NCBI GenBank assembly: GCA_040954595.2
Contig: CM082597.2
Coordinates: 8,142,343-8,206,342 of the forward strand
DNA length: 64,000 nt
Direction of reading: 5' to 3'
DNA from: Balanoglossus misakiensis
Lineage: Eukaryota > Animalia > Hemichordata
Shown: one piece after another, positions 14,465 to 26,400 of the stretch
Numbering within the stretch: position 1 is the first letter of the stretch
How the letters are laid out: the number at the start of each line of letters is the position of its first letter
The notes under the pieces: model-generated
The model's database searches: none
What the model was told of the DNA's origin: nothing
Seen by the model: only the letters and a program-made list of their open reading frames with translations
Position numbers and translations under genes: made by a program

Positions 14465-17400
14465 CTACGGTGTAACAGATTAAAAAGACAAAGATCATAT
14501 TAAAGTGAAGGGGTCATCGCGTCACGTTTGTTTGTTTGTTTATAAACATTACAATTCATCCACAAATCCCTGAAATTAGATCATTCTTAGAATGAACAAA
14601 GCAGCCAACCGTAGCGTAGACGGGGCATGACAGCAACTGAAGATCCTAGTAGGTCGTGGCGACTGCAGTGAGGTTTGTGCTGGTATGGGAGGACATATTC
14701 TCATCAAGGGGGACACCCATGCGGCGAGGTAATGTATATTGGATAGATGAATACTTACAACAATAACAGTCACTGAGAATCTTTACAGATGGACAGCAAC
14801 ATCCTGAGAACTCATTAGTTGGGGCTCCTGACAGATTCAATTCTGGACAAGCACCATTTGCATCGATTTTGGTGAGACTGTTGAATTGACTGAACTGAGT
14901 TGTTATTGCACTCATTATACTATCACCGCAGGTTTGGAGATCTAAACTTGTTACGTTGTCTGTCTTTGCAAGTAATTTCATGGCAACTGTTGCATTCACC
15001 TACCGGTATGAAAAACACCAAATAGAAAGTTTGGTTTAATGGATTAAAAGGACACGATAGCTGTAACTTTTGGCTTTATTTTCAGTATTTTCCTTCTGTA
15101 TATAAAACACAGTTTCTTGTTCTACTCCAAACAGTATGTTAATATACCCAGTACTTGACTTATCATATACAAGAAACTGCAGTAGATACACAAAACAAAC
15201 ATACTGAAAATGTAGCAAAAAGATACAGCTAATAGAGCTTTTAAAGGGATTGTGTTTGATACAAGACACCGTTTATGTTATTTTACATGTGGATATATAA
15301 TGAATCAATGTTCGTCCACATAAAACTGTAAAATTTTCCAGCAGGACAGAATAATACCTGATTGGCGTCTACTATGGCCATTGTTGTATAGTCACTTTGA
15401 ACTTCAACACTGTCTTCAATCGAGTTACACAGGACCGACAACAGTGGTTCAACAGACTGCACGATTCCAAGCAGACTTGACTCGTAATATGAGATACATT
15501 GGTTGGTATCACTTGGAATGGTCATCACAGAGTTGTATACACCTCCCACAGTCAGGAAATAATCCGGAACTTCCTTCTCTGTGAAAAGATCAATATGGAA
15601 GAGAATTCAACTTCAGGCAGACTAGTTGAATTGTCAATACAGTTTTTGCTTTACTCAGCTGGCGAAAAAAATCCAAATTTTGCTAATCCACTCAAATCTT
15701 GACTAATGCCATCTTCTATGCGGTAATGTAGGTATTGACTGGTTATAAAATGATCAGTTTATATAAAGGCACATATAGCAAACTGGAAAACACAAATTCC
15801 CTCGCATATCAGCAATATACAAAGAAAATCTGAACCAACAGTAACACTGAATTAGTTGGTTATTTTGGTTCTTCAAGTTTATTATCTACATCAGTATTCA
15901 CATATTATTTTTGGGGCTTAATGAATATTGATATGATATCAGTTCAATTTCAATTATGCAGTAATAGATCAGTAGAAGCCGATACACACCGACACAATCA
16001 GGTACGTAATTATGGGGTAGCCATGTTCCACCAATTATGCAGGTGTACATTCCTCCAGGCGAATCAATTTCTTGAATGAAATCATAACCGGCTTGACAGG
16101 ACAATGCACAGGAGAATCCTGAACCCAGTGGTCCTCCAATAACACGGGTGCAAGTCTTCTGGCCACCTTCTGGTGTAGGTAGTGACCACTCTGGACATGT
16201 ATCAGCTGAATAACAAAATGAGATGTTGAAAGGTGAAATGTCTCATGTCTCAAAACAATGACACATTAACTTCTAAATGCATATCAAGTAATAACCATAT
16301 CATTTTTTTTATCTTATTTATATAGTATCTGTTTAAAGCCTCTAGACCTGCAACCTTTTGCATTATTTTCATGATTTTATTTTCCAACTTAAATTGGGAA
16401 ATCAAAATAAGATTACTGATAGGTACACATGAACATCTCATCAACTTGAGCTGAACACTTACGTTGAACAGAAACATCAAATTGACACTGAGCCTGGTTG
16501 CCACTGTAATCGGTTGCAGTAACAGTCACTGCGATGTAATTCCTGGTTTCAACTGCAGTTCCATTTGGTGGTTCATATATGACGTCACTGATTCCGTGGT
16601 TGTCTACAACAGAGACTCCTGGATATGACACATTGTGTACCACTTCATCAACAAGAATTACGTACGTGTCCGGACAGTCTAAAGTTGGTGGCATGGTATC
16701 TGCAATCCAATAAATATTTCAAAAGATATGAGACTGTAATCTGCTTGGTTTGTAACCACAATACTTGCCAGCCATTAAAGCGACATAGTAATCTTGAATT
16801 CAGCTGGGAGAAGAACTGTTCTGTAGGTGGCTCCATGACAACCCCAATTGCTAAACCACTTAAACATCGTCCTTTTTCCCAGTGATGTCGACAACCACTC
16901 CAATGATGGACCATTAAGCTTTGTGATTTCCACAAATGAAAGCAGGCAGACAATGCATGAAATCAAATCAAATCAAATCAAATCAGAATGAAACAAAATC
17001 AGAATCAAATTAGAATAAAACACAAACAAACATTAAAATCCGATTCCAACATTGGTGATTTCATTCAAGAACTCAATCTGGCGGATAAATTGCTAAGGGC
17101 AAATAAAAAAATATGTGCTGTTCTGATTACATGGTTTTCAAAAATAGGGTAGGTAGGTAGGGAATGTTTTTTATGTTGCATTTTTCTTTTAAATCCTCGG
17201 CCCCTGTAGTGTAGAAGAATAACGTTATAATTCTTACGTGATTCTTGCAATTTTCATAAATTTTGTATATTTGACAATGTTTTTTATACTTCCGGTTTAG
17301 GAAGCTCTAAAAAGTTTAGGGTCGGCGGGTTATAATTAGGGTAGGTCGGGTAATTGGAACAGCACATATTTTTTCATTTTGACCTAATGAACATACCAAT

Positions 17401-20400
17401 ACAAACAGGTGCAGTCCCATTCCATTGAGCATTAGTAAGATATGATGACTGTTCAGATACATCCCTTCTTTTCCTCACAACTTCCACTGCGGCTGCTGTT
17501 AAAATAAAAAAAAATTTCTGTAAGTAATACTTAATTCATGCTTGTAACACACCGCTCATAGCATGCATTTACCTGATGACCGTGCCTGTTTATGAAATAC
17601 ACATTACAGAGTCACGAATTTAGTCGATAATAGAAGAAAACTGCTGACTCAGCATTTTTCACCAATGGTTTGTCTATGGGCAAATTTTTTTTTAATGTAA
17701 TTTATCTCAAAATAGAGCAAGGTGAACCTTATATTTTAAGTGACCAATGAATTTATATTTACTGGACTGAGCTATGTAGAAAATTTCGTGACAATGACAA
17801 TAGAAGAAGTTTGTTTTCTAGCAATTATCAATGTAATCCTATGGGAAAAAGACGGGTGCGTGCAGTTTTCCGGTTTATGTTTTGCGCGTACATCCTTAAA
17901 AGAAAAGAAGAGATATAAGCGCCACTTTAGTGTGAATAAAATAATGATTTTATACATACTGCATCTGACATTCTGGAAGAGCTCAAATCCTTCAGGACAA
18001 CAGAATGTTGCATCATCTTCTTGAATTGGGTTTGCAGAAGATGATAGTTCTGGACAATTGTCTGAACTGTCAATGGCAACCAAAACTGGAAATACACTTG
18101 GATGGTTGGTCAGATAGAAGATTAGTTGAAGACCACATCTTGACAATTCTGCATTGTCGTATCCAGGGCTCAATGGGTCTATGGGTTCGATCAGTAAGTT
18201 CAGCCCCACATCCATTAAAAGCTGCAGGTAAGACGAAAATACAGTCATAAGCATTTGTTTTAAAAGATGTTATGTTTAATATGCTTTATTATTATGCATC
18301 TGGCACCAAGAACAATAGAATTTAGCGTGTACTAAAAAGCCGTACGGAACGCGTGTTAAATACGCCTTAAGTTTCAAGGCGCCCCAACTCACCGTGTACA
18401 GGTATGTACTGTTATGCGGACGGTTTCAAGACCACCCCACTCCAACGCACGTAAACAAAAAAGAAAGATGACTGCTCGCTGTTTCAGCTGAGCAGTTTAC
18501 GATCGATGGTATCGACAAAATTGAACATCGCATGGTTGTCACACTTGCATGAAAATATTCTCGCAATATGCTTTTTTCTTTGCATTTGCAATCTGAAGAG
18601 CAAGTGAGATAAAATGCTATGACCTGAACAATTTGTTGAGTGTAATATTCTAGACTCCAGAAAGAGTCTACAAGATTTTCTGCAAGACTGAAAGAGACAG
18701 TTAGAGTACCCACCGAATTATCCGATAGCGAGGTGAGACTTATGGATAATGCGATATTGATTGTAACCAGACCAGCAAGAGGAACACATGCTCCTGATGG
18801 ATCTTGAGACAGGAGTTGAGTTAAACCATTAACAAGTTGTGTTGTTATTTCTGTACCATAGTAGTTGCCACAGGATTGCTGGTCTGTGATTTCGCCACTA
18901 CCATTATATGACACACTAAGCTGTGCACAGTAGTCAGGAACGTCACGGTCTGCAAAGTAATTATCGAATAATTATAAATCCAATTTTCTTCAGGCCAATT
19001 TGTTCAAAGCATAAATGGGTTCAATTCTTTGGGCTTTATTCAGATTTCAAATTTAACCGTATTATTACTTCATGGTGCAGAGGTCGCAGTAACATTTTTT
19101 TGAGTGCGTCTTTTTGACGCATTCATAAAAAAAATGTGTCAAACTCCTTTCAGCCTGGTCCTAGACATGTCTAGTTCAATATTCATTAAACAAAATTAGC
19201 TACATTTTGAGTACAAAAGGTTGGGCGCACTAGTGGTTGTTACATTTTGAGTACACAGTTTGCGCGCACAAGTGATTATTTTGATCCCAGGGGGATAGTC
19301 AGCGTATGCGGTATCATGCGTATGGTTTCAGTAGTTCTGTTTCAAAATGACCTACATTACAGGTCCTATGCACACGTTGGTTTATCCGCTTCTCTAAGGT
19401 CCACTTGCGGGTCGCTGATTGGAGGGACCTTATGTGTTAGGTCTTATTACTATGTATTATTCACCAGACCTTGTAGGTTAGGTCTTATTACTATGCATTA
19501 TTCACTTTACAGCTCCCTGATTGGTTAATGTGTAGGTCTGGTCCTCCAGTGTTCACTGCCTCATTATGCAGGACCTTGTAGGTTAGGTCTTATTAATATG
19601 TATTTATTCACCATACAGCTCCCTGATTGGTTAACGTGTCAGTCTGGTCCCCCATGTGTTCACTGCCTCATTATACAGGACCTTGTAGGTTAGGTCTTAT
19701 TAATTTGTATTTATTCACCATACAGCACCCTGATTGGTTAACGTGTCAGTCTGGTCTCCCAGTGTTCACTGCCTCATTGTGAAATGTCCCATGTGCTTCC
19801 TTGCTAGCGTTGTGGTAACACATTATTCGGGATGTCCGCAGATCATTCATTGATTTTCTGAGAAATAGCCTGACTGATACTATCTCCAACATAAACCGCA
19901 CCCTGGAAAGATTAAATGATTTTTAGATGGACTTTGAAAATCTGATTAACTCATCTAAGCATTTTTGCTAACAGTTGTATATTTTTGTAATCACCCTCCT
20001 ACTTCTCATCATCAATATTATTATTGTTGTTTTACTATTTTAAAGTAAATTTGTTTTGACGAAGATGTTGTGATAAGGAGTACGTTGTCCGTTTATACAT
20101 TCGTATATTGTTTTCATAAAAATGAAACTATGACGGTGCAGCTTCGTGAAAGAAGTACAATAAAAGTAATCATACCTGTAAAGCAACTAATGAGGTATCC
20201 CAATTAAAGAAATGCAATGCTATTCTAAACATATATTTCTATTGTAAGATATTTTTGGTTTGCTCGAATGAATAGCACACACTTCGTATTCAGCCAGGTG
20301 TTACACGACGTGATGCGCTGAAAGGCATTACGTAACAAAACACTAGCCCATTTCAACAAACCGCCACTGGAAATAAATGTGAAATTTCTCCTGGCAATTT

Positions 20401-23400
20401 TTATTTCGAGTATCTAGTTCACAGTATCACATAAAATGCCATGAATAGTGAAGGAAAAGGTGAAATCCAATCATTATATGAGTGCCATTCTTTATACACT
20501 GGGATCGAGCTTCGACAACGCGCAGGCAGCATGCCAGACAGTATACGACAACTGTATTCAGAAAGTACAAAGGACTTTGCATAACGAAGCAGTGAAAACT
20601 GGAGACCTACACATTAACCAATCAGGGAGCTGAAAATTGAATACATACATGTTAATAAGACCTAACCTACAAGGTCCTGCATAATGAGGCAGTGAACACT
20701 GGAGGACCAGACCTACACATTAACCAATCAGGGAGCTGTAAAGTGAATAATACATAGTAATAAGACCTAACCGACAAGGTCTAGTGAATAATACATAATA
20801 ATAAGACCTAACACATAAGGTCCCTCCAATCAGCGTGCCTCAAGTGGACCTAAGATTACCAGATGGACCAATCACAGATGTCGGTACATATGTCATGGAC
20901 CTGACTTATGAAACAGGACTACTTGACCATTGTGCATATAGAGCGGTCGTTCCTATGCGTCAATATTGACGCACTGATTAAGATATCTGCGTCAAGTGAG
21001 GATTTTTTGCGTCAAATACGCATACTTTTTGCGTAAACGCAACCTCTGATGGTGTGTATTAAAGATACAAGAAAAAAATCTCTTTTTGAAATAAACATTT
21101 CTCTGTTAATTATCAAGTTCTGTTAGTTATCGAGAATCCCCTAAAAGTATAATATTTTCTGAAAGAAAATATAGAAGAACATTTTGGTGTGACCATTGTT
21201 TACACAACTATCATGTGACAAGCAATTTAAATTAACTTCCAAAAACAAGTTTTCGGGATGTTTTGTTTTAACACTTTGAGACATCACTCAAATACAACAC
21301 GTTATCAACCAAACTAAGGGTAATATCTCTTACCTGGTAGTTGAGTTGGAGTTGGTAGGGTCGTAAGACCACCTGTTGTGGCTTTCAGAGTTGTTGCTGG
21401 TTTCGTAGTTGGTTTATTACTAACATCATGATATACTGTATAAATGAAATTGAAGGAATATTTTATATTACACACTGGACATAATGGGTGTCTATATGAT
21501 AAGAGTGGAAGAGTTATTTGACCAACTATATACAGATCAATTGCACTGAGCATTGTTATTGCCTCATTTGTGACATAGAGTCTGATTCAAACAACGATGA
21601 TGATGGTAACTAACAATGTATAACTGTTTAACTGTTAACATTGCAGGTATTATGAATTTTTTTTTTCAATTGAAATTTTCACTGTACCCGTACATGAAGT
21701 TTCTATCAATAAAGCCAAATTTTCTATGTTTTATTATTCATAGTTTACTTTATCATAATAGGAAGTAAACCTACATTTCTTTGAAAAAAAAGTGAGGAGT
21801 GAATATGTTTTCTCCTTTCTCCCACCCCTCACCCCCTAAAAATAATGGTGTCATCCAGGAGCTAGAGTCGTGTCAACTAAGTAAACAAGATCCATCCTTA
21901 CTTTGGAGCTCATAATGCTGAAAAGTGTAGAAATTGGTATACATTCACCTTTTGATGTTAACAGATCTGTCGGTGCCTCAGTTGTATGTTTTCTTGTTGT
22001 TCTTCTTTGGGAAGTGGCAGTATCATCAGTTATCATTTGTGTTTGCCATTCTGTGGTGCCTTCTACCGTTTGCCAATATTCTGTGGTGCCGTCCATTTTA
22101 TTTGTTGCCAAAAGTGTCTCTGGTGTGGTGGCGTCCATTTTGTTTGTTGTCAACAATTTCTCTGGTGTGGTCCATGACTCTGTTGGCATCACATCACTTG
22201 CATCGTCATACTCTGAAGTCTGGTCTGCAGGAGTAATATCCACAGATTCTGCTGTTGACATCATTTCTGTTTTTGAGATCGGAGCAGATGTTGTCTTGTA
22301 TGTACCCTCACCTTCTGTGCTTGACTGCTGATCAGGCTTTTCAGAACTTGCCTCTACTGTTGTCACGACAACAGGCATGGTTACTGTAACCATAGTAACT
22401 GTTGTGGTTGACTTGCTTTTTCCAGTTGTCACAGCCGGTATATTGTCTGTGTCCAACACAATTGTCATTCTGGGCGAAGTTATGGCATATCCATCTGTTG
22501 AGATGCTTTTTTCTGTGCCTTCGGTGTAGGGACTAGTTAAATATTCCAGCGTTGTTTCATCTGTTGATAAAAATGAACATTACAATTTGAATAATCTAGA
22601 ACAAGGAAATCTAATGTTATATTGTTCTCCACTAACATGAACAGTATTGAATCAATGTTCCTGGCAGGAGACAATTTCAAGGTATTCTCATCCCGGTGTG
22701 TGATTCAAATGATATTGTGTTATTATTCTATTGCTTTCTTTAATACAATTGTTTATGAGGGTGTTGAGATTTCTTATTCAAAATACAGTAAAATAGGAAA
22801 TTTTCGCGAACGATAAATTTACTGGTGAAAAAAAAGTCGCTTATGGTTTTCAGAGATAACGATGCAGTGAAATACCAGAACGTGAAAATTAATCACCACG
22901 TAACAGTTGCCACATTTGATATCATGAACATTTCCTCTTGTGAAAATTTTGCATAAGAGTGTACCAGATATTGGTGTGCAAAACACAATATCAGATATCA
23001 CAACTAATTTAACAAATTCAGCTATACTCCATTGAAATCATCAGCAACATTGACCTATGTTATACAGTAAACTAATTACATATTGTATAAAATGAAACCA
23101 TCTTACCTTCAAGCGTACTCTCAATTGTTGTAACTATTCCAAAGTCTGGAAGTGTAGTAACTTCAAGCTCATCATCCTCACAATGTCGAAATTGCTTGGA
23201 GGTGTCAATAATCGCACCAAAATCAAACTCTATAACCCTGTAGTTAATTTTACCAGACACCGAATAGACCTTGACATTGAGAGGGGCTTGTATATCACCA
23301 GAACCAATGGGTGGTTCAAATAAGTTATCACTGAGTCTGTCTAGAGTAATCCAGGGACCAGTTGTGTGGACTTCCACAGTGGTGACAGGGTAACGATGAT

Positions 23401-26400
23401 CCAATATTAATAAGCTGAATGATGCAGAAATGCTCTCTGCAAACTAAATAAACAAATCAATCAATCAATATGCAGTACACTAAAAAGATGAACGACACAG
23501 TCCCTGGTTGGTCCTAATACTTTGAAATTTAGAGCAAGACTTACTGTAAAATGGGTTATTTTCGCGAGCATAAATTTTCGCAAAATACGCAAGATCCAAA
23601 AAAGACGTGAAAATAAATGTCGTGTGAAATGTTTTTCAGATTTAACGATGCAGTTAGTGAAATACATGAACGCCAAAATTAATCCTCGCGTAACAGTTGC
23701 CTCTTTTGATATTGCGAAAATTTCCTGGCGTAAAAATTTCCCGTTTTACAGTATTTGCTACAAATCATTGTCAATGACCTAGTCCCCACTGGATCTTCCC
23801 TTGTCCATATCAGTTGAGACTGGTTTGATTTCCAGGAGATATAAACTTCCAGTAAAGAAACAGATGAACACTCTTGACAATTTAAACTTCAATCTTACAA
23901 ATACTTAATAAAATGGCTAGGGAGGTTTCAAACAAGTTTGCCAAGATGTGACAATTAAAGACAAGGGTATATAAATTAGTTAATAATTGTTTTGTTTCAC
24001 AAACCTTGAACTTGATGGAGACATCTTCAGGACAGGCAACAACTGAGTAGGATACAAAAAGAGATGAAGGACTTTCACCATCTGACAAGATGTTGTAAGC
24101 ATCCTCACTTAGAACCAGACCATCTTCATCAATCATGCAGTACGGGTACATGCACATGTCTGTTACCCGGACAACTACCGATACATCATTTGAACCAATC
24201 ACGTTCAGGCATTGCCCACAAACCTGCAATCACAGAAACCAAAATCTCCTTCTTTAGACAACACTGGAAGTACTAAAGCCAGCAGGGTTTCTTCAAATAC
24301 AAAGCGATTATATCAATCTTAGCTGAGAAAATAAAATAAACACAGCGCAACACACAAAAACGAACAAGATGAAATAAAATTATTCATAACAAAAATTGTT
24401 ACAAATCACAATGACTCGAAATGACAGACCATCCGGTCAGTATTGACATCACAGCCAATCATGTACATAGTCTTTTAAGAACTAACGTTATCTATACTTA
24501 CATGTGAATCTTGAAAATTGGCCTTACCAGCAACCATACTTGTGTAGAATGTTCCAAATGAACAGGTACCATCAGTTGGTGTCTCACTGTACTTCTCACA
24601 AGTTGCATTTACAAAAGTCTCAAAGGTACCACAATCTCTACTGACTGCAACAACAACATATGTAAACATAAATTCAATCAATATGTAATCTTGGTTTCAA
24701 TCAGAATCACACATCCATAAAAAATAATTTATGCACAAAAATTGAGGGTGTAATGTTATGTGTCATTAACGATACTGATTTTTGAAAAACAGGCCAACAC
24801 GTTTCGAACTACCGTATATTCTCACAAATAAGCGCCACCCTTGATTAGGCGCCAGTGATACCTGACTTTGCTACTTTTTACTTAAAATTAAGCGCCAGGA
24901 ATTTTTTTTTTTTTGAGGTGTGGACATACGTGAATCATGGCAAGTACTACCGGGGTAACACCTGTTTAGAGGTCTTGTCAAAATCAACGGGGGCTTGCTG
25001 CGTGAATAATAATTGACCTGAGCAGACAATGCATGCTTTGGGCTGATGTGCTATTTATTTACAAGATGAAATCGGGCACATGTCAACCTCCTAATTTATG
25101 TAAATTATTATTCACTGCAAAAGACACAAGTGCCGGGCGTCTAGACACTCGTCTTTTTCCTGTCGATCGATCGGCAGCCGCTTACGTTACCGGCACTACC
25201 ACCCAAGTTTGACCATATGGCCAGGGCTTTGAAATAATAGGACTAGTTTCAAGTTGTGAATGTTTGCGGTATTAATTTTCTCATGAATATTCACGCAACG
25301 TGAGTATTCACGCAACCTTGCCTGACCTTACATGTGTGAGAGCATGACAAAGACGCACTTGGACTAAACCACTATACGTCAGTAGATTTTGTTGATGGTT
25401 CAGCCAGCATACTGTAATGCTGCTCGTAGTATTCACTTCGTTGACAACTTTTTATTTCTGGAATATTTATTAGACAATACATTGAACTGACTGTATTCGA
25501 ATAGAAAATGTTAAAACTTTACATATGAATTCGAAACAGCCATTCATTCATTGCGGACACCCCCTTACGAGAACACTGATTGGAACATCCCAAATCATTT
25601 GCATATGAATCAACAGGGTACAGTACAGTATACAGGGCGACCCATGAATAAGCGCAATCGGTTCTTGAAAGACTCATTTCTGCTTTTGTTTAGGCGCCAC
25701 CAAAATTTGAAATGGTTAAAAAGTGGCGCTTATTTGTGAGAATATACGGTAATTTCGGAATTTCCGGACAATTTTCGGAATTCCTTTTAAATTTTAGAAA
25801 TTTTTCATCAGATATAAGTGTTACTATTTATTGGACATGTTTTTATCATTGTTTGCTTTTTAAGGTCATTCTCATCCCCCCCAAAAGCCGCTTTAGGCTT
25901 CATGTTCAGTAAAAAATTCAGCTGAATTTTCCAGGGATCACACAAATCAGTAAAAAATTCAGCTGAATTTTTTGATGAACAAAGTCTTTCAGTAAAAAGT
26001 CAGCTGAATTTTTCACTGATTTGTGTGATCCCTGGAAAGTTCAGCTGAATTTTACACTGATCACACATTTTTGGGAAGGTCTGGCGCAAAATAAAGGATG
26101 ACAAAGTCTTTCAGTAAAAAGTCAGCTGAATTTTTCACTGATCACACATGTTTGGGAAAATTTTCAGCTGATTTTTCATTCACTGACATTATCTGTTAAA
26201 AAATCAGCTGAATTTTTCACTGATTTGTGTGATCCCTGGAAAGTTCAGCTGAATTTTACACTGATCACACATTTTTGGGAAGGTCTGGCGCAAAATAAAG
26301 GATGACAAATGTAAATCCAATGTCACATTTGTAAACCTCTAAGTATTGTACACTCATTCTATTAAGTATATGCAAATAGAAAAGATAATTTTTTCGGAAT

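Noticed and set aside
21903-22331. Hydrophobic Val/Ser-rich plus-strand ORFs (also 31308-31655)
   Set aside because: Antisense shadows of Thr-rich mucin exons.
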